This document shows, one piece after another, positions 1-10,117 of a stretch of 64,000 bases of DNA. A program made the position numbers and the translations under genes. The stretch is taken from the IMG/VR virus record IMGVR_UViG_3300046534_001193, positions 17,992 through 81,991 of that record; one strand, given 5' to 3'. The notes under the pieces were generated by a model. The model had not been told where the DNA came from, searched no databases, and saw only the letters and a program-made list of their open reading frames with translations. The stretch is from a virus. How positions within the stretch are numbered: the first letter of the stretch is position 1; the number at the start of each line of letters is the position of its first letter.

Positions 1-245
1 TCAATGCCATACAGCAGCATTACTTTTTACCTAGCGGTAAGCCTAAGGAGACGACCGATGCGTCAGCTATCAGCAGCTATATGCGCACGAACTTGCAGCT
101 TTTAGGTATGTTGCAGAAATTTGAAGACGCATTATCCACCGATGCGGATGTCCGTAAGATTGAAATAGCCTTAGAAATGACCTTTGAGGACATGCAAGTG
201 CCCGATTTTCAAGAAACTTTTAAAAAATACTTAGAGCAGCAGTAA
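1..245 (+). CDS. 3' part of a gene upstream of the terminase; probable terminase small subunit
   Basis: Open frame from position 3 (NAIQQHYFLPSGKP...FKKYLEQQ*) to TAA 243-245, coupled by TAATG to the next ORF; helical, position before TerL. Confidence 0.5.
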   Translation, partial: NAIQQHYFLPSGKPKETTDASAISSYMRTNLQLLGMLQKFEDALSTDADVRKIEIALEMTFEDMQVPDFQETFKKYLEQQ

Positions 246-460
246 TGAAGAATTACAAAATAGGATCTGAGATTTTATCGCTGTCTGGTTGGGCTGATAA
301 AATGGGTGTTTCCCGAGCCGGAATGTCGAAGCGGATAGCCAAACTTGAAAGAGATACGTCCCTGTCTGAGCGAGAAAAGGAACGCCAAATAAATAAAGAG
401 CTGCAGCGGCCTAAGAGTCAGGGCAGACGGGCGGATACTAACGCCTCAAGTGCTAAATAG
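245..460 (+). CDS. small basic HTH-like DNA-binding protein
   Basis: LSLSGWADKMGVSRAGMSKRI resembles an HTH; translationally coupled upstream and abuts terL. Confidence 0.5.
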   Translation: MKNYKIGSEILSLSGWADKMGVSRAGMSKRIAKLERDTSLSEREKERQINKELQRPKSQGRRADTNASSAK

Positions 461-2209
461 ATGGCCTTATCACCCAAGTTGCAAGGATTCTCTGATCGAG
501 TAGCCGCTATCGCCGACAGATCCACAGCAATGACTCGATTGTCTGAATGGATGCAGAAAAACCTTAGGCTAAACGGCCGGCCGTACAATTTTAACAAGCA
601 CGAGATGCAACGAGCTATTGCGGAAGACCAGCACCCGCACAAAGCGGTTAAGAAGTGCTCACAGGTTGGGCTTACTGAGCTATCGCTTAGAACAGCTGCA
701 GCGTTGGCAGCGGTTACTCGTTCTCGCATAATCTATGTGTTTCCTTCAGCTACTTTCTCTCAAAAAGTGTCAGCTGACCGTTTTTTACCTATTGTTAAGG
801 ATTCTCCAACGCTTTCGGCTATGCAGCACAATGAGGTTAAGTCCTCAGCGATGCGCAAACTAGGCAATAGCACAGTTTACTTCGTAGGTGCCTCAGGCAC
901 GACTCAGGCAATATCAATACCGGCCACTCATCTAATAATTGACGAAGAAGACTTCTGCGATATGGTTGTGCTTGGGCAGTTTAACGCTCGTCTTCGACAT
1001 GCAGAAGAAGACCCAAAAACAGGGCTTAGGGGCGTCCGTCAGCGGTTCTCTACGCCGACTATTCCTAACTACGGCGTCAGCAGGCATTTTAATAACTCTG
1101 ACCAGAAATCGTACACTGTGAAGTGCTCAAAGTGCAATACGACTCAGGTTCCAGATTATTACAACGACTTCGTAGTGCCTGGCTATGATGGTGCCATGGC
1201 TATGTTTGGTAAGGCCGATTTAAATAACCCTAAATTCCAAGTGGATAAGACTTATATCAAGTGCAATAAATGTGGTCAAGACTTGTGGAAAGATTTAATC
1301 GATCCGTCTAGGCGGGCGTGGGTGGCTAAATACCCTGACCGAATAATGATGTCTGGTTACCAAGTATCACCGATCGACGTGCCTGAGTATAACAAGGCTG
1401 CTGCCATAGTTAGGCAGTTGGAAGATTTTACTACTCAAGACCATAGAAACTTTGTCTTAGGCAAAGAGCACGAAGATACCAACAATTCTTTCTTGCAGTC
1501 GGTATTTAAGAACTGCACTGACGCTTTATTTCTATCATTGTCGGAGGCTAAGCAAACTACTTTATCAGGCATAATAATGGGAGTCGACATTGGCAAAGTG
1601 TCTCATTACATGATAGGTAAACGGCCAGAAGTAGGTGGTAAGCGTATTGACATAATTGCTATTGGAACGATATCGATTAATAACGGTACGTTGGCCGAGC
1701 AGCTTCAAGTGCTTATAGATGGCTACAATATTCATTTGACAGTATTGGATGCGGGGCCAGATTTTAGTACGCCTCAGACTTTGATAGCCGATAACTTGCA
1801 TGGCTCTGTGTATGGCTGTGAGTATTACCGTAAGGTGTCGGCTTCTTACAGCAACGTTATGCCAGACCCTGAAACAGGCGTAGTCAAGGCTGACCGCTCA
1901 GGCACCTTAACGGATGCTATGAGGGCGCACAACTCTGGTCATTTTCGTTATCCTGCGGCGCAAGTCGAAGAAGTCAAAGAAGTTAAATTACACTTGGAAG
2001 AGACTAAGAAAGTCACCAAGGTTGGCGAGATGGGTGATTCTTCTAGTTTCCCCAAAACAGGCAAAGCCGACCACTACGCGCATGCGCTTAACTACCTAAA
2101 GATCGCGGATGAAATTGCGCATGAGCACTCTACAAACTTGAAAGGTGTACCCGCCATGCCTAGTATCACTTGCGTAGTGATCGGCAGCGGAAGAGCCAAG
2201 CGCTCTTGA
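461..2209 (+). CDS. terL: terminase large subunit, lambda GpA-like
   Basis: KCSQVGLTE Walker A variant, LIIDEED Walker B, FSTPT motif, CxxC pairs, C-terminal nuclease GVDIG...DHYAHA. Confidence 0.92.
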   Translation: MALSPKLQGFSDRVAAIADRSTAMTRLSEWMQKNLRLNGRPYNFNKHEMQRAIAEDQHPHKAVKKCSQVGLTELSLRTAAALAAVTRSRIIYVFPSATFSQKVSADRFLPIVKDSPTLSAMQHNEVKSSAMRKLGNSTVYFVGASGTTQAISIPATHLIIDEEDFCDMVVLGQFNARLRHAEEDPKTGLRGVRQRFSTPTIPNYGVSRHFNNSDQKSYTVKCSKCNTTQVPDYYNDFVVPGYDGAMAMFGKADLNNPKFQVDKTYIKCNKCGQDLWKDLIDPSRRAWVAKYPDRIMMSGYQVSPIDVPEYNKAAAIVRQLEDFTTQDHRNFVLGKEHEDTNNSFLQSVFKNCTDALFLSLSEAKQTTLSGIIMGVDIGKVSHYMIGKRPEVGGKRIDIIAIGTISINNGTLAEQLQVLIDGYNIHLTVLDAGPDFSTPQTLIADNLHGSVYGCEYYRKVSASYSNVMPDPETGVVKADRSGTLTDAMRAHNSGHFRYPAAQVEEVKEVKLHLEETKKVTKVGEMGDSSSFPKTGKADHYAHALNYLKIADEIAHEHSTNLKGVPAMPSITCVVIGSGRAKRS

Positions 2210-2262
2210 CTTTAGGCGCTCAGTAATTGATCATACTAACAATTCGCTTACCTGACAGATAA

Positions 2263-3726
2263 ATGCCTACTAAGCCATCCAAAGCCAATCCGATAGTTCT
2301 CCCGAAGTTGACTAGCACAGTCAAGTCGAGAACTGTCGAGTCGAAAACGCCTAAAGATGCGTTAATCCCTAATCAGCAGAACCATTACTCTACCCGTGAT
2401 CCAAAGACGTTACGCGCGCAAGGGTTAGTTACCGAAGCAATCAGGGTTCTGTCGAAAGAGAACGGCAATTTAAGTACCTCTGTTTACAACATGGTGCAGG
2501 TAGCTGACTCGGGGTGGAAAGTGGCAGCTTACTTGCCTAGCACTTCCGAATTCTCAGAAGAAGGCACGATGCTGGCTAAGAACGTGATAGCTTCGATGGA
2601 TACCCTTCATGACTATACTGAGGGTTTCGGTAGGAAGCGGCCTATCCCTATGGTTGTCCAAACGTTGCTAAGGGAAAACATTCTTACAGCTGGCTGTGCT
2701 ATCGAGTTAGTTTTAGACGAAGGTTTGTATCCTGACCGGCTCCAAGTAGTTGACTATTCAACTTTAAAGTGGGCGTCGGATGGTAAAGGGTCTAGGTATC
2801 CTGTTCAGACAGGGTTTGAGAGCGGCGCATTTGGTGGCGACCCAGGTATCGATATCCCACTTGATATTGCGACTTTCTATGCCGAGACTTTGCACTTGGA
2901 AGCTGACACAGCCTACGGCACATCAATACTTCGGGCTGCCTTAGATTCGTCATTTGCGTCTTCTGAATTTATAGCCGACATGCGCAGAAGCTTGTTTAAG
3001 TCAGGCCACTCGCGGCTAACTGCTACCTTAGACACAGCTCGAATTGCGGCAACGGCTACGGCGGAAGTAAAAAAAGATCCGGTTAAACTGGCGACGTATT
3101 TGAACACAGTCAAAGGTGAAGTGGAAACAGCCTTAGCAGATATGTCGCCGGAAGACTCAGTTGTGGCTTTTGATACTGTCGAGTTCAAGACTGAGGACAT
3201 AGGCGGCACAAAGTCGGATTACACCGGTTTGCTGGCGGCCATAAACAACCAAGAAGCGACGGCTCTTAAGACTCCGCCTTCTATACTTGGCATGCGCTCG
3301 GCGGGCTCACAGAGCTTGTCTAATTCAGAAACCCTCATATTCCTTAAAGGTGCAGCAGCGATACAGACGCCGGTCGAGTCAATACTTAGCCGAGCTTTGA
3401 CGACTGCAGTGAGACTTTACGGTAGTGACGTCTACGTCAAGTTTAAGTTCAATCCAATAGATCTTCGGCCTGAGTCTGAGCTAGAAGCTTTCCACACTAT
3501 GAAGGAAACTCGCTTTCTTACGCGTTTGAGTCTTGGCATTATCACCGATGCACAGTTTTGTTACGAGATGGATATTCCGTATAATCCTGCGGCGCCTAAG
3601 CTGTCAGGAACTAACTTTCAAGCTAGCGGTGGCAGTCAGTCTACGCAGACTACTCGCGGTCCTATGGAAGACAATTTGCAGCCAGGCAGCGACATACCGC
3701 GCAATGGCGGAGGTAGCAGCCAATGA
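2263..3726 (+). CDS. portal protein
   Basis: 487 aa, between TerL and protease; YGTSILRAA and PPSILG portal-like segments. Confidence 0.8.
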   Translation: MPTKPSKANPIVLPKLTSTVKSRTVESKTPKDALIPNQQNHYSTRDPKTLRAQGLVTEAIRVLSKENGNLSTSVYNMVQVADSGWKVAAYLPSTSEFSEEGTMLAKNVIASMDTLHDYTEGFGRKRPIPMVVQTLLRENILTAGCAIELVLDEGLYPDRLQVVDYSTLKWASDGKGSRYPVQTGFESGAFGGDPGIDIPLDIATFYAETLHLEADTAYGTSILRAALDSSFASSEFIADMRRSLFKSGHSRLTATLDTARIAATATAEVKKDPVKLATYLNTVKGEVETALADMSPEDSVVAFDTVEFKTEDIGGTKSDYTGLLAAINNQEATALKTPPSILGMRSAGSQSLSNSETLIFLKGAAAIQTPVESILSRALTTAVRLYGSDVYVKFKFNPIDLRPESELEAFHTMKETRFLTRLSLGIITDAQFCYEMDIPYNPAAPKLSGTNFQASGGSQSTQTTRGPMEDNLQPGSDIPRNGGGSSQ

Positions 3727-3733
3727 TAAAAAC

Positions 3734-3762
3734 TTGCAGAAACCACACTAACTTGGTAAATT
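3734..3762 (+). promoter_or_regulatory. putative sigma70 promoter for head protease
   Basis: TTGCAG-17bp-TAAATT just upstream of ATG 3769. Confidence 0.4.
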
Positions 3763-3768
3763 ACCGTT

Positions 3769-5283
3769 ATGCTTAACCAATTTAACCACAATAACGCCTC
3801 TTTCTGGCTTGGCACTCCCGCCAGTTACGAGACAGTTATCTCTGCCCAAGCAAAAATTCAAGAGCATTCAGCGCGAGGCCATTACGACGAAGACGAAGAT
3901 AAAATGTCTTCACCGATCTTGTCTATATCTGAAGGTATAGCAACAGTAATGGTTCACGGCTCTCTGACTTCTGAAGACAGCTTTTACAACCAGATGTTCG
4001 GCATTACTTCTTACAACGAGATTAGAAACGCTATTATAGAAGCCGTTGGCTCTATGGAAGTCAGTCGTATTGTTTTGGACATTGACTCACCTGGCGGATC
4101 AGCCAAAGGTATCGATGACTTAGGCGACTTCATAAAGTTTGCTAGTGCACGCTTACCAATTGTAGCGCACGTATCGGGCGAGGCTTTATCGGCAGCTTGC
4201 TGGATAGCGACTTCTTGTGACAGCATCACTGGTTCACGTATGTCGCAGCATGGCAGCATAGGCGTTATAGCAGTATTGCAAGAAATTACTAAGATGGCGG
4301 AAGACCAAGGTGTTAAATTCCACGTTTTTCGTGCGGGCAAGTACAAGGCGATCGGAAGTCCTTACGAAGAATTGACTGATGAGTTTCGAGAGATTATACA
4401 AGCTCAAGTCGACACTATCGAAGGCTTCTTTTTAGATGCTATTTCAGATAATAGGGGCATCCCTCGCGGTTCGGTCAAAGCCCGAGTCGGCGAAGGTTTA
4501 ACGTTTTTTGCTGCAGAAGCAGTGGACAAGGGGCTATTAGACGAAGTATTATCCATACAGGACTTGCTTACTAGACTAATAAGCCTGTCAAATTCAAACC
4601 CGAGAGGGCTAAATGCATCTACCGAGGAAACATCAATGGCCACTAAAGCCTTAACTGCAAAAGCTTCAGCTGCATTGGCCGCTGGTGCATCCGATGAAGA
4701 AATCAACGCACTTCTTTCCGCTGCTAGCGAAGAAGAACTTACTGCTGAGCAGATCGCCGCTAATCTGGCTGCTGCCAAGTTAGAAGGTGAAGGCGCAGGT
4801 GAAGAACTTACTGCTGAGCAGATCGCCGCTAATCTGGTCGTCGAAGGTAAAGGCGTAGAACTTACCGCTGAAGAGTTGGAAATTAAAGCTGCGGCAGATC
4901 TAGCCGCAGCTCCCACCGCTCCAGTCGTAGATCATTTGGTCACTTATCTTAAAGAAGAAAACCAAACACTCCGGCAAAAAATTACAGGCTTAGAGTCTGA
5001 CAGTTTGAAACTTGCGGAACTAAATACAATGATTCCTCAGCTGAAAGCTGCGCTTGGCGAATACGTCTCAGGCATGTCGGTCCGCTTAGGTGGATCGCAT
5101 TTGGACACTTCTTCGTTGGAACTTCCTTCTCTGATGGCGCAATACACTAGCACTCGAACGGCTATGTTAAAGCGTTATCCTGTCGGTGGACAAGCCAACG
5201 TCGACGATTCAGAGTCAGATAGCTCTGATGCTGACACTGCAACCGTTACTTACATGCGTTCTGTTAAACAGAACACTATCTAA
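3769..5283 (+). CDS. S49 (SppA/ClpP-like, lambda gpC-type) prohead protease with C-terminal scaffold region
   Basis: LDIDSPGG, ALSAACWIA (catalytic Ser), GSIGV, AGKYKA motifs; acidic Ala/Glu-rich helical C-terminus. Confidence 0.9.
   Translation: MLNQFNHNNASFWLGTPASYETVISAQAKIQEHSARGHYDEDEDKMSSPILSISEGIATVMVHGSLTSEDSFYNQMFGITSYNEIRNAIIEAVGSMEVSRIVLDIDSPGGSAKGIDDLGDFIKFASARLPIVAHVSGEALSAACWIATSCDSITGSRMSQHGSIGVIAVLQEITKMAEDQGVKFHVFRAGKYKAIGSPYEELTDEFREIIQAQVDTIEGFFLDAISDNRGIPRGSVKARVGEGLTFFAAEAVDKGLLDEVLSIQDLLTRLISLSNSNPRGLNASTEETSMATKALTAKASAALAAGASDEEINALLSAASEEELTAEQIAANLAAAKLEGEGAGEELTAEQIAANLVVEGKGVELTAEELEIKAAADLAAAPTAPVVDHLVTYLKEENQTLRQKITGLESDSLKLAELNTMIPQLKAALGEYVSGMSVRLGGSHLDTSSLELPSLMAQYTSTRTAMLKRYPVGGQANVDDSESDSSDADTATVTYMRSVKQNTI
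4636..5283 (+). CDS. nested in-frame scaffolding protein (Nu3-like)
   Basis: Internal GAGGA RBS then ATG 4636 in frame (MATKALTAK...), as in lambda C/Nu3. Confidence 0.65.
   Translation: MATKALTAKASAALAAGASDEEINALLSAASEEELTAEQIAANLAAAKLEGEGAGEELTAEQIAANLVVEGKGVELTAEELEIKAAADLAAAPTAPVVDHLVTYLKEENQTLRQKITGLESDSLKLAELNTMIPQLKAALGEYVSGMSVRLGGSHLDTSSLELPSLMAQYTSTRTAMLKRYPVGGQANVDDSESDSSDADTATVTYMRSVKQNTI
4732..4875 (+). repeat. internal direct repeat in scaffold (EELTAEQIAANL x2 plus degenerate third)
   Basis: gaagaacttactgctgagcagatcgccgctaatctgg at 4732 and 4801. Confidence 0.9.
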
Positions 5284-5315
5284 CCTACTGTTTAATTTAA
5301 CGAGGACACTCTATT

Positions 5316-5780
5316 ATGGGCACTACAATTCAAGAACGGACAATGACAGTCGATACCAAATTTATGGGTATCGTTACTGATAAGCTGGGCACTACTGCGG
5401 GCGATTACACTGATAAAGAGCTAGGCAAAGGCGTCAAGATGGCAGCCAACGCTTACGTACCTGTGGTTGCAGGCGACGAAATCGAAGGCATTGTTAATAC
5501 CGTTGAGCCTGGCACTAAAAATTCTGGTTACAACTGGGGCGGCGTACAAACTACAGGCCGCGCAGAAGCTACTGTTGGTGCCAACCAAGTTACCACTATC
5601 AACATTGGAAATTTTGTCCTCAATGACACTCCTATAGATGCTGGCACTGCCGGCTTAATCCAGGTTTACGACGAGGATGGCGATGGTGCTGCTGCACCGA
5701 CTAAGTTCCTTTGGCGCGTTATTAGAATTCTTACTGGCACGGGTATTGCCGGTGATAAAGTTCTGATCGAACGCGCTTAA
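5316..5780 (+). CDS. head decoration / cement protein
   Basis: Small Gly/Thr-rich beta protein between protease and capsid (lambda gpD position); GAGGA RBS. Confidence 0.7.
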   Translation: MGTTIQERTMTVDTKFMGIVTDKLGTTAGDYTDKELGKGVKMAANAYVPVVAGDEIEGIVNTVEPGTKNSGYNWGGVQTTGRAEATVGANQVTTINIGNFVLNDTPIDAGTAGLIQVYDEDGDGAAAPTKFLWRVIRILTGTGIAGDKVLIERA

Positions 5781-5817
5781 ACCAGCCATTCAACTTTAAT
5801 AATTCTGGAGAACCAAC

Positions 5818-7008
5818 ATGTCATACGATACAAAATTTAAATTTACAGACCTTAACGGCAAACTACAGGAAGGCGGAATTACTGTCCAATCTTACGCAGA
5901 GGCTGCCGCTAAAGGGTTGAGTTTGTCCCAGCACATGGCTCAGAAGTTCCCGACCGACGAAACTAAGTATGGGCCTATTTTGGCACAAGCCATGGCTTCA
6001 ATTGGTTTAAATGTACGTCCTGACAATGTTACCGGTGTTCCTTCCACCAAGTTGTCTAGCGCTTTTTCAATGAATCTGGGTGCAATTACGTCTCCTGACG
6101 GCACCGGAAATGGCACACCTGCGGGGCGTTTGTTCTTTCCTGAGGTAATCCTGCAAAGTATTGCAAAGGAATTGACGGAAGACAAAGGTGACTTTTTTGC
6201 TGGCTACGAAAGTTTGCTGAGTGGCAGCGAGAGCGTTAACGCGCCTGAGTTTAAGCGGGTGCGAATTGACAACACTGCACCTGAAGCTTCGGCGTCTATG
6301 GCAACATCTCAGTTGGCTGAACCTTCCGTCATGGTAAAAGTGACAGCAGCTGATACTACCACACCGATTCCGACCAAAGGTATTGGCTTGCTAGTTTCTG
6401 ACCAGGCTTTACAGCATACCAGCTTCGATCTTGTCAACACGATTATGATGGCTCAAGCTCGAGGCGAGCGAATTCGCATGGTAGAAGACCAGCTTGACGA
6501 CGTGTTCAACGGTAACACTGATTTGGCCGGCATGGCTGCTTTACCTACGTTCAATGCCGACACTTTGGATGCCACTATCGCTGCTGACGGTGTTCTTACC
6601 CAGAAAGCGTGGATTCACTTTCTCCGCCAGAATTATCAGAAGATGACAGTGACAAACATCGTTTGTACGCTTAACACTGCGCTAGCGATTGAAGGCCGTA
6701 CCAATAAGCCTACCAACGTGGTGGATGATCCTAACAGTCCTCGTATTGACAGCTTATTCAACATCGACAATCTCGGCATTACTGCTCCAAGAGTTTTCTT
6801 GGTAGGCACAAACGTTTTACCTGATAACCGAATGGTTGGTTTGGATAACGCTTACGCCTTACGTCGGTACATTAACGTCTCGGCTTCTTACGAAGCAATC
6901 GAGTCGTTCGTAATTCGTCGTGCTACAGCTTTTCGAGTAGACCATGGTGAGGCGTTAACGCGTCTTTTTGACGACGCCTTTACTGTCATGGATTTGACTG
7001 ACACTTAA
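5818..7008 (+). CDS. major capsid protein
   Basis: 396 aa, GGAG RBS, follows decoration gene, followed by strong terminator. Confidence 0.85.
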   Translation: MSYDTKFKFTDLNGKLQEGGITVQSYAEAAAKGLSLSQHMAQKFPTDETKYGPILAQAMASIGLNVRPDNVTGVPSTKLSSAFSMNLGAITSPDGTGNGTPAGRLFFPEVILQSIAKELTEDKGDFFAGYESLLSGSESVNAPEFKRVRIDNTAPEASASMATSQLAEPSVMVKVTAADTTTPIPTKGIGLLVSDQALQHTSFDLVNTIMMAQARGERIRMVEDQLDDVFNGNTDLAGMAALPTFNADTLDATIAADGVLTQKAWIHFLRQNYQKMTVTNIVCTLNTALAIEGRTNKPTNVVDDPNSPRIDSLFNIDNLGITAPRVFLVGTNVLPDNRMVGLDNAYALRRYINVSASYEAIESFVIRRATAFRVDHGEALTRLFDDAFTVMDLTDT

Positions 7009-7030
7009 TAGAAAGTTTTATTGGTGTTTT

Positions 7031-7058
7031 AAAAAGCCGCCTTCGGGCGGCTTTTTAT
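7031..7058 (+). terminator. rho-independent terminator (possibly bidirectional)
   Basis: aaaaagccgcc-ttcg-ggcggcttttt. Confidence 0.9.
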
Positions 7059-7144
7059 TGTCAACAGCCGATAAAATAAAAAGTATATTTGTAAACAAGT
7101 TAGGTGTAGAGTAGAGATCTAATCGAGACAACCAAGGTGTATTT

Positions 7145-7351
7145 ATGAAACCAGTTAGCCTAGCAGAAAAATTTTCAGCGGAATCGCCAGATGACCCACG
7201 CTTCTTACGCCGACAAATTAAATCCTCAAGCTCTTATCCAGAGATTGAAAAATTCGTAGTGCGTCCTGCCAAAGTAGTTATGCTTGAACAGGACGAGTCT
7301 TTGAAGGGCGTGTTTGACGCTGCCTTTACTCTCATGCCTTTTAATGACTGA
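7145..7351 (+). CDS. 68-aa truncated paralog of the major capsid C-terminus
   Basis: 21/44 ungapped identities with capsid LRRYINVSASY...FDDAFTVM; AAGGTG RBS; flanking DNA duplicates capsid end and half terminator. Confidence 0.75.
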   Translation: MKPVSLAEKFSAESPDDPRFLRRQIKSSSSYPEIEKFVVRPAKVVMLEQDESLKGVFDAAFTLMPFND

Positions 7352-7386
7352 CACTTAACAGCGGCTTTTTATTGTCAACAAGTCAA

Positions 7387-7415
7387 TGGACATTAACTTG
7401 TTAAGCGGTTAGTAT
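7387..7415 (+). promoter_or_regulatory. putative sigma70 promoter for neck genes
   Basis: TGGACA-17bp-TAGTAT. Confidence 0.5.
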
Positions 7416-7467
7416 TAGTGAGCTTATGTTCAAACACAGGCCTAACCAATTAACCAGGATAAATAAT

Positions 7468-7782
7468 ATGTCGCGTTCTAAGCCTAATAAAGGGACTACC
7501 CTTAGCCTAGCCAAGGTGGAAAAAGAAGAAGCCGAAGCAGCTGACGCTAGGGCAGTTTTGGAAAAAGAAGAAGGTGAAGCTGCCGCAGCCAGAGCGGCTT
7601 TTGAAAAAGCTAAAGCAGCCAACACAATAAAAACAGTCACTTTATTGCTCGGCTCGCAAATAACTGACCCAGGCACTGGTGTAATTTTAGTAAAAAACAA
7701 AGCAGTAATAGTTCCAGAAATTTCTAAATGGGTTAGAATGCAAGCTGGATTCACACCTCCTTACTTAACTTTTACGGAGTAA
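7468..7782 (+). CDS. small head-associated/packaging accessory protein
   Basis: AGGA RBS before ATG 7468; EKEEAEAADARA repeat; position after capsid. Confidence 0.55.
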   Translation: MSRSKPNKGTTLSLAKVEKEEAEAADARAVLEKEEGEAAAARAAFEKAKAANTIKTVTLLLGSQITDPGTGVILVKNKAVIVPEISKWVRMQAGFTPPYLTFTE

Positions 7783-7788
7783 TTAGAA

Positions 7789-8271
7789 ATGGCCAAATCT
7801 TTTTTAGGGCTAGTGACCGTAGACGAAATTCGCGGATCACTCGGGTTGGACGCAAAAGACATAAGCGATGCCATAATGGCTAGCCAATCACCTGAAAAAG
7901 ATTTGCAAGCTGATCTATTAACATGGGTTTCTACCTATCAGACTATAATTTCTGAAGGGGCCGCCACTACACCGACTACTGCGCAGACTCTGAAATATCT
8001 CAAGTTGCAAAACTATTCCAAATATTTCATTGCTGCCATATTCGCCTCTTCTGGTATGGTCTCAATATTTCAGAGTATGTCTGATGGGAAGAATCAATTT
8101 ACACGATTCTCTAATGGTTCATTGAAAGATCTCCAGCTGGACCTAAAATCAAAGGCTGCATCGGCGAGATCTGAATTAGAGGCCCTAATCGATCCTGATC
8201 AAGTAGCTACTTACACCCAGTTTTCTCGGGTGGTTTCTTCTTACGACCCAGTCACAAACGCAACTACCTAA
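7789..8271 (+). CDS. head-tail adaptor (connector)
   Basis: 160 aa helical protein, VTVDEIRGSLGL start, synteny. Confidence 0.6.
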   Translation: MAKSFLGLVTVDEIRGSLGLDAKDISDAIMASQSPEKDLQADLLTWVSTYQTIISEGAATTPTTAQTLKYLKLQNYSKYFIAAIFASSGMVSIFQSMSDGKNQFTRFSNGSLKDLQLDLKSKAASARSELEALIDPDQVATYTQFSRVVSSYDPVTNATT

Positions 8272-9161
8272 TGGATCTCCGCAAAGTCGCTGCCTTTTTT
8301 GAAACCACAGAATTCGACGCCTACGACGAAAGCGATAACTCGTGGGACGCGTGTTTTCTGTTAGGCAAGGTTATGCCGATAGAGAGCGAAGTGTCTAATT
8401 CAAATCGAAACACTCGCAGAGCTTTGCTTGGTACAGACCCTTTGGCAGTTTTTCCCGCCTCTAATACTCTCAGAGTTTTAACTTCTGGCGACATCTACAT
8501 AGTAGGTGACCTGCGTAAGGACTATCAAAACTCTGCTGCTTACGATCAATCAGGCTTGCTTCACCGCAGCAGTACGGTAGGCACGATAAATCGTCGTGCG
8601 CCTTCGGGCCCCTCAACAGACCCTGGTTGGTTAGTTGAGACTTTGATTAGCACTCACTACATGGATATAGAGCTACGGGCGGTTAAAGAAGCTGGAGAGC
8701 AAGAGCAGCAATTTGACAAGCAGTATCTTATTATTATGCCTTTGCACGCTGCCCCTCAGCAGTGGGACCGTATCAATGTGGGCAGTTACGACCATATTGT
8801 TGAGGCTGGATATGTTGACAGTGGATTTAAGTTAGCCAGAGTAGCCAACCGACTCGACCCTCGTAAAGATTTTACTTACTATAGCCGTGGCGACACAGCG
8901 TCTTTTAATCCTAGCAATGGCGTAGTCACCTCAGGACTAACGCCTTACAACGTTACAGGTTTTGCGCTTGATGCAAAGTCTGGGCAGGTTGCAAACACTG
9001 CAGCCAAAAGCGGCACATTCACGTTGGTAGTCGATAAAACTCACATCGGCGTTGTGCCGACTTCGAAAGATGAAGTAATTTGGGAATCCCAAAGATCTAA
9101 AGTTATTGAAGTCGAAGAAGATTTTATTGACTTTCAATATAAGATACACTGCTCATTATGA
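8271..9161 (+). CDS. head closure / neck protein
   Basis: Coupled TAATG; beta-rich; synteny. Confidence 0.5.
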   Translation: MDLRKVAAFFETTEFDAYDESDNSWDACFLLGKVMPIESEVSNSNRNTRRALLGTDPLAVFPASNTLRVLTSGDIYIVGDLRKDYQNSAAYDQSGLLHRSSTVGTINRRAPSGPSTDPGWLVETLISTHYMDIELRAVKEAGEQEQQFDKQYLIIMPLHAAPQQWDRINVGSYDHIVEAGYVDSGFKLARVANRLDPRKDFTYYSRGDTASFNPSNGVVTSGLTPYNVTGFALDAKSGQVANTAAKSGTFTLVVDKTHIGVVPTSKDEVIWESQRSKVIEVEEDFIDFQYKIHCSL

Positions 9162-9613
9162 GTAAAAATTCAATTGAAGCTGCACGAATTATAGCACTAC
9201 TTGCTCCGTTGCCGTCTAAAATGTTGGCTGCGGTCAGTACGGAAGTCTATGAAAAAGTTTTGAATCTTACTATACAAGATTCGGGGGAAGCTGCTTTTAA
9301 CTGGAGAGCTGGAGTAAATGATGAGAGCGAAATTGGTTTTACTTTTTCTGTCGGTAAAGACCCTGTAGGATTTAAAGGAGAAAAACGCTCTTTGACTGGC
9401 GGAGCCGAAGTAGTGGTTGGGTTTAGGATGCAAGAGTTTTTGTCAAAAATTTCTACCGATAATTTAACTAATGTGCATATTTACAACCCTATTACAGACG
9501 CCGATCACGCTGGAAACGCGCGACTTTTAATATCAAGGGCTGCCGCCACTAACCAAGATTTTATGGACGACATCGCAGAGAAAGCATTAAATGCCAACTT
9601 ACCAAAGCGCTGA
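9158..9613 (+). CDS. tail completion / neck protein (HK97 gp10-like position)
   Basis: DSGEAAFNW motif, HIYNP; synteny. Confidence 0.55.
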   Translation: MSKNSIEAARIIALLAPLPSKMLAAVSTEVYEKVLNLTIQDSGEAAFNWRAGVNDESEIGFTFSVGKDPVGFKGEKRSLTGGAEVVVGFRMQEFLSKISTDNLTNVHIYNPITDADHAGNARLLISRAAATNQDFMDDIAEKALNANLPKR

Positions 9614-10010
9614 GGACACGATAACTTCGCAGTTTGGAAATAATTGGAGTTACACTCCGGTTGCCTACCCCAATGCGCCGGCTATTAACGAAACGGTGTC
9701 TGGTCGACCTGAATTAGGTATTGGCCAAGATCCGTTTATAGCCGTTGAAATTATTTACAGCACTTCCCCAGCTATTGAGGTTGGGGCTAGCCCCTTGAAG
9801 AGAACCTTTGGAAACATCCTAGTAGAATTCTATACTAAAGAAGACACCGGTTCACTTCAAAACAGAATTAACCTTGACCGACTTGCAGCAATGTTTGAAT
9901 ACAAAACTATCGAAGACATCTCTTTTAGAGACATTACTGTAATGCAATCTGGCACCCAAAACGGCTGGTACATTACCCCCGCCATGGTCAGGTTTTACTT
10001 TTACAGGTAA
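9591..10010 (+). CDS. tail terminator protein
   Basis: PVAYPN start, immediately before tail tube. Confidence 0.65.
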   Translation: MPTYQSAEDTITSQFGNNWSYTPVAYPNAPAINETVSGRPELGIGQDPFIAVEIIYSTSPAIEVGASPLKRTFGNILVEFYTKEDTGSLQNRINLDRLAAMFEYKTIEDISFRDITVMQSGTQNGWYITPAMVRFYFYR

Positions 10011-10050
10011 AAATTCTAACTCGCCAAAAATACTAAGTTTTAGGAAAGTA

Positions 10051-10077
10051 TTGAAATACTTTACACCCTGCTATAAT
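10051..10077 (+). promoter_or_regulatory. putative extended -10 promoter for tail tube, overlapped by palindrome aaagtatt-ga-aatacttt
   Basis: TGcTATAAT at 10069-10077. Confidence 0.5.
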
Positions 10078-10117
10078 ATGAACCCATATTTCCAAAAATT
10101 GCCACAGGAATACCACT

